Shown: positions 1 to 11,922 of the stretch, one piece after another
Layout: each line of letters opens with the position of its first letter
How positions within the stretch are numbered: position 1 is the stretch's first letter
Assembly (NCBI GenBank): GCA_977017645.1
Contig: OZ360228.1
Span: 49,228,001-49,292,000, forward strand
DNA length: 64,000 nt
Origin: Torpedo marmorata
Taxonomy: Eukaryota
Reading direction: 5' to 3'
Position numbers and translations under genes: made by a program
Notes under the pieces: generated by a model
Databases searched by the model: none
What the model was told of the DNA's origin: nothing
Seen by the model: the letters and a program-made list of their open reading frames with translations, nothing else

Positions 1-145
1 AGATTAGTTGCATAGATGCTCTTTTATCTATATAACATTATTGATGTTACTTAACTTTCAACCAATATCATCGAAACAGATTTTTTTGGTCATCATCATG
101 TTTGTATTGCTGCGCATAAATTGACTGCCATGTTCCCTGCAATTC

Positions 146-779
146 ATGAATTTGGAAAGTTATGTCATGAAAACAAGCAAACTACGTGGAATCCACAGCA
201 TTGGGCACTGTACATCACTCCAAGGTCCTCAAACAGGATTGACCTGGAAGAGCTATTGTTTCTGCCTGCTCTTGCCACACCACACTTATCTCTTCACACC
301 TATTATCTCTCCCCTTGACCATCCAGGACACCTCTCATGCCCTCCACCATTTTGACAACTATCAATTCTCTGCACCAACCACATCTTCACCATGGATGTC
401 CAATCTTTATACACCTCTGTCCCCTGTCAGGAAGCTTGGAGGACTTTCTTCTTCTTTCTGGACCAAAGACCCAATGCGTTCTCCACCACTAACACTCTCA
501 TCTACTTAGCAGAACTTATTCTTACCCACAACAATATTTCTTTAGATTCTTCCCATTTTCTACACGTCAAACGTATTGCATAGCCCCCAGATATGCCTAC
601 CTTTTGTTGGCTATGTAAAATAGTCCTTGTTCCAAAACTACCCTGGCACCCCAACCAACTCTTTCTCCACTATATTGATGACTGCATTAATGCTGTCTCC
701 TATATACGCATGGAATTTATCAAGTTTCTCACCTTTGCTTCAAATTTCCACCCTGCCCTCAAATTTCCTATTGACTATT
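146..779 (+). mobile_element. Degenerate Penelope-like (PLE) reverse transcriptase fragment, part 1
   Basis: Frame-broken peptides MDVQSLYTSVP, LAELILTHNN, YIDDC and FASNFHPALKF are typical of vertebrate PLE RT. It continues at 2369-2412 and 3501-3790. Confidence 0.75.
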
Positions 780-2243
780 TCAGAATCAGAATTTATTGTC
801 ATGAACAAGTCATGAAATTCGGTGTTTTTCGGCAGCATCATAGTGCAAACATTCATATTATAACCACCTTAGGACATTGCTATAAAAAAATATAAATAAT
901 AGTGCACGAAAAGTAAGGCAGTGTCTTTGGTTCATTGATTATTCAGGAATCTGATGGCAGCGGGGAAGAAGCTGTCCTTGTGCCGTTAAGTGCTCAACTT
1001 TAGGCTCCTGTACCTTTTTCCCAATGGTAGCAGAGTGAAGAGTGCATGGCCTGGGTAGTGGGGGTCTTTCAACGAGCTGACCTATATCCCTCCTGTACGC
1101 TTCCTCATTGCCGTTTGTGATTCTGCCGACAACTGTGGTGTCATCGGCAAACTTGTAGATGGCATTGGAATTCTGCCTGGCCACGCAGTCTGATGAGCCC
1201 ATCAATAACTCCAAAAGACAAGAAGTCACACAAGAACTGAAAGGCTTTTATTGACAAAAGAGTGGAGCTACATTCGTGCTGGTGATCTGTCCCGGACTGG
1301 GGGAGGAGCAGTGGCACAATGGCCTTTATTCAGGGGGTCTGTGGGTGGAGCCACCGGGACAGTCAGCAGAGGCATGTCCAGACCTATCACCCAGCCCACA
1401 ACCCATACATAGTGGTTTACCACACAGTCATGGGTGTATAACGAGTAGGGCAGTGGGCTAAGCACGCATCCTTGGGGTGCGCCTGTGTCGATAATCAGTG
1501 AGGAGGAGACATTGTTTCCAATTCGTACTGACTGTGGTCTTCCGATGAGAAAGTCAAGGATCCATTGCAGAGTGGGGTACGAGGCCTAGAGTTTGTAGCT
1601 TCTTGAACAGCACTGTGGGAATAATGGTATTGAAGGCCAAGTTGTAGTTGATGAAGAGCAGCTGTATGTATGAATTGCTGTTTTCGAGGTGATCTGGAGC
1701 TGAGTGGAGAGCCAGCGATATTGCATCTGCTGTGGAGTGATTGTGAAGATAGGTGAATTGCAGTGGGTCCAGATCTTTGCTTAGGTACGTGTTAATGCTG
1801 GCCATGACCAGACTCTCAAAGCATTTCATCACAGTAGAAGTTAGTGCTACTGGGCGGTAGTCGTTGAGGCAGCTCACACTACTCTTCTTGGGTACCGGGA
1901 TGATTGATGCCCTTTTGAAGCAGGTGGGAACCTCTGACTGCCGCAATGAGAGGTTGAAAATGTCCGTGAATACTCCGGCTAGTTGGTTGGCGCAGATTTT
2001 CAGTACCCTGCCAGGTACGCCGTCAGGGCCTGACGCCTTGCTAGGGTTCACCCTCTTGAATGATGTTCTGACGTTGCCCTAAGAGACAGATATCACAGGG
2101 TCCTCAGCCTTTTCAGGGATTCTAGTAGGCACTGTTTGGTTCTTCTTCTCAAAGCGGGCATAGAAGGTGTTCAGTTCATTGGGTAGTGAAGCATCACATT
2201 CGTCTATAGTGTTCGCCCTCGCTTTGTGGGCTGTTATGGCACT
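780..2243 (-). mobile_element. Rex1/Babar LINE, 5'-truncated, internally deleted, interrupted by a solo LTR
   Basis: ORFs 1554..2051 ([21 protein letters not shown]) and 939..1229 ([10 protein letters not shown]). The (TTCTGA)n tail at ~780-792 matches the + copy ending near 28435. A deletion near 1070 joins the QLVE and KDPH regions. Confidence 0.85.
1191..1424 (-). mobile_element. Solo LTR (234 bp) of the Gypsy lineage seen at 54745 and 8298
   Basis: TG...CA termini and 5-bp TSD CAGTC (1186-1190, 1425-1429). Close match to the reverse complement of LTR 54745-54978. Splits the Rex1 codons YTHDC/VA. Confidence 0.95.
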
Positions 2244-2368
2244 TAAAAAAAAAATTTAGACATACAGCATGGTAACAGGCCATTTTGGCCCACGAGTCTG
2301 TGCTTCCCAATTTACACCCAAATAACCTACACCCCGGTACGTTTTGAACGGTGGGAGGACACCGGAGC
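2244..2368 (-). mobile_element. V-SINE-type SINE, 3' half
   Basis: Matches the 3' half of the full SINE at 30249-30519 (acctaca-cccc-gtacgttttgaa-gtgggagga; CR1-like tail). Confidence 0.75.
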
Positions 2369-2412
2369 CTTTTTTCTGGATTTCTCGCTATCTGCAACTC
2401 AGGAGATATACT

Positions 2413-3500
2413 TTATTTTTAAAATCTCTTTATTAATTCCATAAAATCATGGATATAACAGTTCATTCACTATATACGTTTACAAAGAAAAAGCAAAGAA
2501 AAGCATTATCACATGTTCCATTAATCCATCCATAACAGAGTATACATTACAGATATATATCAATTTTTTTTCTTTACAATTTAGTATTATAATACCAATA
2601 GGTATAAAAAGAACCAAACCACAAAAAAAAGATAATATAGTAATTTCATCATAATACTTTTTTTATAAAAGCTAAAGCAATCTAAACTAGCCTACCACCT
2701 ACCCCCACCCCAGAATTGCACTGACCTGTAGAGATAATATAGCTTCAAATCATGAGGAATCATAAACTCTGATAATAGTCCATAAAGGAACCCCAAATAT
2801 TAATGAATTTTAGGTTTAATTTAATATTTGAAAATCTAATTTTTTCTAATGTTAAATAGGACATTAAACTTGATAGCCAATCTTCATATATAGGAGGATT
2901 ACCATCCTTCCATTTTAGCAAGATCTGTCGCCTTGCAACCAGAGAAGAAAAAGCAATCACATGTTTTTGATTATTAGTAAGATCATGATTACTTGGATCA
3001 TTTATACAAAATATTGCTATAAATGGATTTGGATCTAATTGAGTAGCTAAAACCAAAGAAAGAGTGCAAAAAATGTTGTTCCAAAATCTAACTAACTTAG
3101 GGCACAACCAAAACATGTGAAATAATGTACCTTCATGAACATCACATCTATCACACATAGATGATATATTTGATGAAAATGTAGCCAGTAAAGATTTCGA
3201 ATAATGAGCTCTGTGAACTACTTTGAATTGAATAAAATTATGTCTTACACATAATGAAGAGGTATGGATATGGAAGGTGAAAAAAACTTCTAAAAAATCT
3301 CTTTCCCAAGCCTCCTTTATTTTATCCACATGCTGTATCACATTTTCTTTTAAAAGTTTATAAAATACTGACAATGGTTTTGGTATATCAGGAGTGATAG
3401 TAAAAACCTTTTCTATGATTACTAGCTTTAAATCTAAAGGAAACTCCAATCTCAAAGAATTTATAAAATTTCTAACTTGGAAGTATCTAAAATAATTGTT
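2413..3500 (-). mobile_element. L1 LINE 3' fragment (ORF2 C-terminus plus 3'UTR), nested in the PLE
   Basis: ORF 2760..3455 has the CCHC motif CDRC...HMFWLC and LEKIRF. TSD AGGAGATATACT at 2401-2412 and 3501-3512. Confidence 0.85.
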
Positions 3501-3790
3501 AGGAGATATACTGATATCTACTATAACGTCTATTTATTACCTTTTATTAGGGGCAAACACAAAAGATTTATTCCCACAATTACCTGGACTACCTCCTCCA
3601 ACAGCATATCCTGCAAGGACACCATCCCTTTCTCTCAGTTTCTCTGTCTCTGCCACATCTCTCGATGAGTCTTCCCATTCCAGAACTTCTGAAATGTCTT
3701 CCTTTTTCAGGAAATGTGGATCCCCCTCTACCGTAATTGATGGAGCCCTCTCTCATACTTCCTTCATTTTAGTTATCTGCTCTCACCTTT
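3501..3790 (+). mobile_element. Degenerate PLE RT fragment, part 2
   Basis: TDIYY...SHNYLDY...SCKDTIPFSQFL...SRTSEMSSFFRKCG continues the PLE broken at 779 and 2412. Confidence 0.7.
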
Positions 3791-4060
3791 CTCGTGTTTC
3801 AATGCCTGGCACTTGGTAAACACTTTTTCAATTTAATTATAAGGTGGTTCTTTCAAATTTTGGTTTCAGTTGTTTCTTCAGCAAACCCAATCACAGTAGA
3901 ATTAAAATAAAGCTTTGTGAATTTATACTTGAAGCAAATGAAAGTATGCAAATACTACAAATATGATGTAAAGATGGATAACGTTCGAAAAACACAAGCT
4001 CACCAAAATATGTAAATGCAAATCTTTTTCTGACAAGGTACAACAATGACAACATAATTC

Positions 4061-4482
4061 TTTCTTTTTCAATCTTTTTATTGATTTTAATATAAAACAT
4101 ACAATAAACAATGGATGGAGAGAATAAGGATACATGATTGAAAAGATTACAATATACAACAATCAGTACATAATAATAGTATCTCCATCTCCCCATACTC
4201 AATCAAAGAAAAAAAAAGAAAGGAAAAAATTCACATTATAGTAAAACCCCCTATACTAATGTAATAAAGAAAAAACACCAGACAAAAACTGGAAAGCCTT
4301 GGATCAGTGTTCATCAAACATAAGAACGCTGGTCCTCCTCCAAAAAAGAAGCTTAATGGTATCAGGAAGGGACAATAAATCAGAGAATACGTTAGAAATT
4401 ATATCATATGAAAATATTGTATGAATGGGCACCATGTTTCTTCAAATTTAACGGATGGATCAAATGTAGCACTTCTAATTTT
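4061..4482 (-). mobile_element. L1 LINE extreme 3' fragment
   Basis: Minus strand reads KIRSATFDPSVKFEETWCPFIQYFHMI*, then a 3'UTR with AATAAA and an A-rich tail. 15-bp TSD ATGACAACATAATTC (4046-4060, 4483-4497). Confidence 0.85.
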
Positions 4483-4707
4483 ATGACAACATAATTCAAA
4501 CAACTATTTTACATTGCTTGTGCTCTGTAAGGCTCTGATTAATATTTACATACCATGATACACAGTTATTAAATCTGAGAGTACAATTTATGTTTATTTG
4601 GGATTTGTTCAGCTTTTCATTAACCTGTTTTAATTAATAAGGCAAGTTAACTACCCTGATTTCGCTCTGTTATTATAAATCATGAACGTTAAACATTCTA
4701 TTTTCGA

Positions 4708-5452
4708 GTCATAGGGCTAAACGGCATGGAAACAGGCCCTTTGACCCACCAAGTATGCACCAACTATCAAACACCCTTTTATGATAATCCTGCACCAGTT
4801 CTATTTTATTCTCTAGTAAAACACAGAAGTCTGCAGACACCGTGGTTGAAGTAAAAATACAATGCTGGAGAAACTCAGCAGGTCAAACAGTGTCTTTTAT
4901 ATTGCAAAAATAAAAATACATAACTAACGTTTCAGGCTTGAGCCCTTTATCAAGGTATGGAAAAATGTCAGCAGGCATCGGAATAAAAAGGTAAGGAGGG
5001 AGGCGCGGGGGAGGAGCATGGTCCCAAAGGCAGGAGGTAATAGGTGGAGAAGGGAGGGAAGGCACAGCAGCAAGCAGGGGGAGGAGGGATGGCTAGGTGA
5101 ATAGAAAGGGAAGGGGGTGGAGAGCTGAGGGAAAGAAGACAGGGGGAAGGGAAGGGGGGTGGGGAGGGGAGAGCAGGTTAGCAGAAACCGGAAAAGTCGA
5201 TGTTAATTTATTATTTTATTCTCTCCTCATTTTCATAAAATCCTCCCAGATTTAACCACTCATCTACATATTAGGGATTATTTGTAGTGGCCAATTAACT
5301 ATGAACCAGCACATCTTTGAGATGTGGGAAGAAACTAGAGAGCATGGAAGAAAATCCTGCAGTCCACGTGCAAAGTCCACACTGACAGAACCGAAGGTCA
5401 GGATTGATCTCGGGATGCTGGAACTGTGAGACAGCAGTTTTGCTAGCTGCAC
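4708..5452 (-). mobile_element. Old V-SINE-type SINE interrupted by a PLE 3' fragment
   Basis: Degenerate tRNA-like head at ~5400-5452, V-core (tgtgggaagaaactagagagca) and CR1-like tail at ~4708-4750. Confidence 0.6.
4815..5211 (-). mobile_element. PLE 3' terminal fragment (end of GIY-YIG ORF, 3' repeat with degenerate hammerhead motif)
   Basis: Minus strand reads NIDFSGFC*, then the same terminal repeat as 20712-21045. TSD TATTTTATTCTCT (4802-4814, 5212-5224). Confidence 0.8.
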
Positions 5453-5462
5453 CTGCACTTTT

Positions 5463-5712
5463 GGTAAAGGTAAAGGTTAAAGGTAAAGGTTCCATTTTGT
5501 CACGTAATACTACATTTAGAATGTAACATACATGAAATTCTTTAATTTTTGTCTGCAGTAAGGCAGACAGAGGGTAGCTACTTTGTCCAGCGCCCCTCAC
5601 AGAAACCTACAGCACCTGGTGTTTCTAGGCGGTCTCCCCTCCAAGTACTGACCAGTCCTGTGCCTGCTTAGCTTCCGAGATCAGACAATCCCAGTCGTAT
5701 TCAGGCTATTGG
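5463..5712 (-). mobile_element. 5S rRNA-derived SINE (SINE3-type)
   Basis: The reverse complement of ~5603-5712 matches vertebrate 5S rRNA (TCTGATCTCGGAAGCTAAGCAGG...AGTACTTGGAGGGGAGACCGCCT...CCAGGTGCTGTAGG). It is followed by a ~110-bp body and an (ACCTTT)n tail. Confidence 0.85.
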
Positions 5713-6051
5713 TGCTGTTATTGAAGTTTAAACTTCAACCCCATTGAAGTTTAAAGCTTCGTTTCCTTTCAGCAGAAGTGACGCATGCCTTCATTAAAAC
5801 ACAAAAGAATGTAATGAAAAATTAATTTAAATGGATTTGACTTTCCTCCAAGAAATTTTAAGTCCTCTCCAAATTATTCCTGAGTGAATCTACTAATGTC
5901 ACTATGTAGCAATACCTACACTTGAGTTAACAATTTCTTGTTGGATTGGTTGAGGTATGAAACGCATGGAAAATCCATTGGAGGTGTTTTTTATATGCAT
6001 TTGTAAGAAGTTGATTTTTTTCTATCAAGGGTCAGGATATATCTCAACAGA

Positions 6052-6362
6052 TTTTCAGATTTCAGATTTATTGTCAGAGTACATACATGACGTCACATAC
6101 AACCCTGAGATTCTTTTTCCTGCGGGCGCGGCAGAATTACCACTAATTGGTAGTGCAAAAAATAAACTGTACACAGCGTAAACATGTAAACATTCAAAAG
6201 AACTGCTAACAGGTAACGAATGAAACTGAAAATGAAACTGTGCAATACAGAGAGAGCAAAGAAAATCAATAAAGTGCACGAGTAAGAGTCCTTAAATGAG
6301 TCTCTGATTTGACTTTATCGTTGAGGATTCTGATGGTAGAGGGGTAGCAGCTGTTCCTAAAC
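6052..6362 (-). mobile_element. Rex1/Babar LINE 3' end
   Basis: Same 3'UTR and (TCTGAAA)n tail as 32933-33200; ends ORF with RNSCYPSTIRILN. Confidence 0.8.
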
Positions 6363-8589
6363 CCACATTTGCGTGGGTGTAGATTCTGGTGCTTACAGTT
6401 GTTGCCCAGCAGGCATAATTGGGGAAGGGGGGGGGTGGTGGGATATACATCAGCTTCAATTTGAATAATACAATATAGCTGGCTGAAATAGTTTGATGAA
6501 AGTTTGGGCATGGGTTCCTTTAAACACAGCATTGAGAAGCTAGAGAAAATACTCAAATGGGAGAGAAGAGAAACCTTGTTCAGGTACCATTTGCTTGCAT
6601 TCCAGCAGCATGAAACTGTGTAGTTGGCATAAATCGATTAGTATGCTTCTCAGCCTGCACCACAGAGGGAGAGGGATACAGCCTCTTAGTTGCTTAACAC
6701 TGAAGTGGAATGTTTAATAAACAATTTGAGTGGGAAAGCACATTGGATAATTGGCATACAAAATGTTGCATTTTGTTTAAGATATCAAGATGTCTGATAT
6801 CTTAAACTTGTCCTCATGTATTCTCATAATACTATATTGCAGCTAGTTGAAAGATCGAAGTAGAAATTTTATTGAGAGGCCGTGCAGAATGAGTCTTTTT
6901 GTATCCACAACCCATTGCATTCTTTGCCCGAGCGTTAGTTTCATGGAATGCAACCAGGTAGAACATTGATGTGTACATAACAGATGGGTCATGCAATAAT
7001 ATCTTTTCAATGCTTTCACCCAAGTTTTATTTCACACTCCCTCACCACAACATTATGCTAAGGATCTACTCAAGTAGGCTTCATATCATCTGACTCTAGG
7101 GTGTTGTGGAATTGAATTAAATTTTGATTCTTGTGTGAATGCAGATCTTCAACTACTTTCTTGCCCATGAAGATAATGGACAAAGAAACTGGTCCTCAAA
7201 ATATTTTAACTTATCTATTTGAAGGTCCAAGAAAGTGCTTAACATTTGTCCACAGAGGATGTTTGCAAGTTTGATCATGGCTGACATAGGTTATTTCTAT
7301 TAGGTATCATTTCACCTGAACTTTACAAGTATATTCATTATGCCATTTATATTATGCATGGAGGAATGATGTACTTTTAATGGGAACAAATGAAGCCATA
7401 AACTAAGACAACTTCTGAGAATATTAAAACATTTTTACTTTATAATTTTCAACTTTTATTGTTGAAGTCACCTTGAATCAATATATAGTACAGACCCACC
7501 TTCCTTTCACAGCTTGCACATTTTATGTAGTCAATTTTTATCAATTTAATTTAATACATTTTGTGCAACCTCAATGGAAAGATGAAAGGCTTCAGTTCCC
7601 TGCATTTTGCAGATCTGCAAGATTTGTTTTTTTCCACTGGAAAAGTTCCACAACTCTTCTGTAAGATTATCTGTGATTTTGCAGGCAGTTTATGAGGACA
7701 GGTGAAGGAAATTGATTAGACTGCTTGTTCAACATCCAGTCCAGGATGAACCACAATTTCCTGTGATTAAGCATTGGGAAGTTATTTTCCATCCATTCCA
7801 CAATTTTTATATATAAAAACAATGTCAGGATAGCATTAAATACCACTCAACACTTTGTCAGGAGACATGGACCTGTACTAGAAGAGAAAGTGGGGCATGG
7901 GCCATTCGCTTTTATGTTGCTTTTCGAGAAACTGAAAAATTAATGTTCTTTTGTTCTCTAAATAATATCCAAACATTATCCAATATATGAATGTTCTATG
8001 GATCAACTTCTAGGCCTCTATAAGGAAAGGGAATTCAATTATACATTCATTCCAGCATGCATTGCCATTCTCTGCTCTCTTTGGAGATTGATGCAAGATT
8101 TTTCTAATATTCCTCTGATTCTCCCATGCGACTCCTATTTTCCATCTGTTGGGAGAGGAACTTTGAGCTAAGGATTCTTATTTGACCATATATTGATCTG
8201 TAACAGATGGAATGGTGTCATAATATGTTGGGCACAAAATTAATTCTCACCTTGCCAGCTTCAACTGCCTCAATGTTCTGTTGCCTCATGGTATACTTGA
8301 TGCACCATCAATAACTCTGAAATACAAGAAGTTATACAGGAACTGATAGGCTTTTATTCACATCGGAATGGACGCACATTCCTGGTGGTGATCTGTCCTG
8401 GACTGGGGAGGGAGCTGTGGCACAATAGCCTTTATTCAGGGGTCTGTGGGAGGAGCCACAGGTACAGCCAGTAAGGGGTATGTCCAGACGACCACAAACA
8501 TATATATAGTTATATACAGTGGTTTACCACATTCACCCCTTCTTTTAAAAAAAGAGTCCTGCGGGGTGAAGTGAATTAAAGTTCTCACA

Positions 8590-9660
8590 GATTCAGTCTT
8601 TCAGGTGGTCTGGTCTGCCGCTGCGACCGTCGTAGTACCGGCTACGGCACAGCTGTTGTATCCAGTCCTGATTGGACCACCTGTGTGTTGTTGTCGGCTC
8701 TGTCTTGGTGGATGCGTGGCGGCGAAGGATCTGGCATGCCATCCCCCGGAGCTGGGGTCACTTGCCATGGCAACGGTGCATCGTGGGTGGCGGTAGGTGG
8801 GGGGAGGGCAGGGCAGTCGGCAGTGGTGTCAGGGACTCCTGAGGGCACCAGGTCCCGAACGGAGACCGTGTCCTCCTGCCCATCAGTGTACGTCACGTAG
8901 GCGTATTGGGGGTTGGCATGGAGGAGATGGACCCTTTCGACCAGTGGGTCATGCTTATGGCTCCTCGCATGCTCTGGAGTAGGACCGGCCCTGGGGACGT
9001 CAGCCACGACAGCAGCGTGGTTCCTGAAGCGGACTTCCTAGGAAAGGAAAACATTCTCTCATGTGGAGTGGCAGTACATAAGAGTGATCTGATTGAATGG
9101 AGTGCCTCGGGGAGGACCTCCTGCCAGCGGGAGACTGGAAGACCTCTCGACCTTAGGTCTAGGAGGGTGGCCTTCCAAATGGTAGCGTTCTCCCTCTCCA
9201 CCTGCCCGTTCCCTCGGGGGTTATAACTGGTGGTCCTACTCGTGGCGACGCCTCTGGCCAGCAGGTACTGACGCAGCTCGTCGCTCATAAAAGAGGACCC
9301 CCGGTCGCTATGAATATAGCAGGGGTACCCGAACAGGGTGAAGAGGTTGCGTAGAACCTTGATGACTGTGGCCGTGGTCATGTCCGGGCAGGGGATGGTG
9401 AACGGGAAACGTGAGTACTCGTCAATAATGTTGAGGAAGTACACGTTGCGGTCAGAGGAGGGAATGGGTCCCTTGAAATCGATGATCGAAGGGGCCGGTG
9501 GCTTTTATCAGGTGCGCTCTGTCTGGTTGGTAGAAGTGCAGTTTGCACTCCGCACAGATCTGGCAGTTCCTGGTCATGGTCCTTGACCTCCTCGATGGAG
9601 TAAGGTAGGTTGCGGGCTTTTATGAAATGGAAGAATCTGGTGACCCCGGGGAGGTAGAGG
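8590..9660 (-). pseudogene. Gypsy A integrase (frameshifted)
   Basis: IDEYSRFPF, HSDRGSSF, YNPRGNGQVER (DDE core) in ORF 8893..9444; C-terminus in 8642..9007. Confidence 0.85.
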
Positions 9661-9685
9661 TCACTGTGGAGGGCTTATAGGCAGT

Positions 9686-11707
9686 CTATTTGTGCGCTGG
9701 CACATGTTCCGCGGGATAGGGCATCTGGGGGCTCATTGAATTTACCAGGCTATCGTAATTGTAGGTGGAAAGTTCGATTCTCCACCTCAGCATCTTGTCA
9801 TTCTTAATTTTACCTCGCTGTTGGTTATTGAACATAAACGCAACTGAACGTTGGTCAGTTAGCAAGGTGAATCGTTTTCCGGTGAGGTAGAGCCTCCAGT
9901 GTTGTACCGCCTCGACAATGGCTTTGGCCTCTTTCTCAACAGAGGAGTGTCGAATTTCTGGGCCCTGGAGGGTGCGGGAAAAGAAAGCTACGGGTCTGCC
10001 CGCTTGGTTGAGGGTGGCAGGCGGGGCGAAGTCGGACGCATCGCTCTCCACCTGGAACGGGGTGGATTCGTCAACAGCGTGCATCGCAGCTTTGGCGATG
10101 TCCACCTTGATGCGGCTGAAGGCTGCACGGGCCTCTGGCGTCAGGGGAAAAGAGGTGGATTTGACGAGGGGGCGGGCCTTGTCCGCATAATCAGTGACCC
10201 ACTGGACATAATAGGAGAAAAAGCCCAGGCACCTTTTCAGGGCTTTGAGGCTGTGGGGGAGCGGGAGTTCCAACAGGGGGTGTATGCGGTCTGGATCTGG
10301 GCCAATTACTCCATCCTGTACGACGCTGCCAAGGATAGCAAGGCGTGTTGTGAGTGAGGGGGGGGGGGGTTGGGGCCCATCGTACTCCAACGTCACGCTT
10401 TTAAGGTGACATTGGAAGTCTAGCCCCAGTAGCACGCCCACGCAGAGCTGTGACATGACAAGTAATTTAAAAAGTTTATACTCTGTGCCCGGTACAGTCA
10501 GGGTCACTACACAGTAACCGCGGATCTCTGCTGTGTGGGACTTGGAAGCCATGGAGACTTTGTGGCTTACCATCATTACCGCAAGGCGGTAACGCTGTAC
10601 CGTGTCGGGGTGTATAAAACTCTCCGTGCTCCCACTATCGAAGAGGCAGCTCATCTTGTGGCCATCCACCTCAATGTCCATCATCGATCTGGCCAGTTGA
10701 TGGGGGATCCCTTGATCCAGCGTGATGGAGGCCAGTACTGAGTCGCTGTCGGGTTCTGTAGGGGTGATGCGGTGTTCGGGTGTTCGGTCTATCCGAGATG
10801 GCACCGTCCAAGATAGCGGCCCCCATGGTTCGCACGCGGCGCTGCTGAGTTGGGAAGATGGCGCCGTCCAAGATGGCGGCCCCCATGGTTCGCACGCGGC
10901 GCTGCTGGGTCTCGAGGGTGGTTTGGGCTTGCAGACTTTCGCGTCGTGCCCCTTCTTCCCGCAGCTAGCGCAGACCACGTCTTTCGCCGGGCAGCGTTTC
11001 CAGGGGTGCTTATCCAGGCTGCACAAGTAGCACTTCGGTTGATCGCGGATCATAGCAGCCGTGGTCCAGTCGCTAACGGAACATGGCGGTGTTCCACAGG
11101 CTTGTGGCCCTCCCGCGTCCCAAGACGGCAGCACCTTTGGTAACAACGACGCGGCCACGTTATCGACAGAGTACGCGTCCATGTTTTGGAGGGCCACTTC
11201 TAGCGTGCCCGCTAGGTCCACAGCCCTCTGCAGCTTAAGCTCACCTTGCTCCAACAGTCTCTGCCTTATGTAGTTTGATCGGATACCGGCGACATAGGCG
11301 TCTCTTATGAGGTCCTCTGTGTTTGTCGTGGCCGTTACGGCCTTGCAGCCACAGGCCCGTCCGAGGGTTCGCGTAGGTACTCGTAGGTACTCGTCGCTCG
11401 ATTCCCCGGGTCGCTGTTTTCGAGTAGCCAGGAGGTGTCTAGCATAGACTTCATTTACCTTCTTCAGGTACTGGCCTCTCAGCGTGTCCATGGCCTCTCG
11501 GTAAGATTCAGCGTCCCTGATCATCGAGTACACCCGGGGCCCGACCCGGGAATGTAGTATTTGCAATTTGTCTTCCTCAGATTGAACGACAGTAGCAGAG
11601 GCCCTCAAGAATGCCTCAAAACAACGCAGCCAGTTTTCTAAACCGTTGGATGCCTCGGGTGATTGATGGTCTAGCTCCAACTTTTCAAGTTTCAGGTACT
11701 GATCCAT
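9686..11707 (-). pseudogene. Gypsy A gag-protease-[RT deleted]-RNase H polyprotein
   Basis: Two CCHC-like knuckles, protease LFDSGS, RNase H ESDASD...EKEA. The RT core seen in element B (~56405-57095) is missing at a junction near 10350. Confidence 0.85.
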
Positions 11708-11922
11708 TATCGAAAGCGATGTGAATAAAATTGATGCACCATCAATAACTGAAGGACTAGAAGTTATACAAGAACTGATCGGCTTTTATTTACATCGGAA
11801 TGGATGTACACTCCTGTTGGTCGTCTGTGCTGGACTAGGGAGGGAGCTGTTGCACAATGGCCTTTATTCAGGGGTCTGTGGTAAGGGGCGTGTCCAGACG
11901 ACCACAAACATATATACAGTTA

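Noticed and set aside
5603-5712. Functional 5S rRNA gene
   Set aside because: 5' end is diverged or truncated, there is no T-run terminator, and it is fused to a retroposon tail, so it is called a SINE.
10796-10910. Direct repeats as a CRISPR-like array
   Set aside because: Head-to-tail coding repeats with no spacers, in a eukaryotic retrotransposon.
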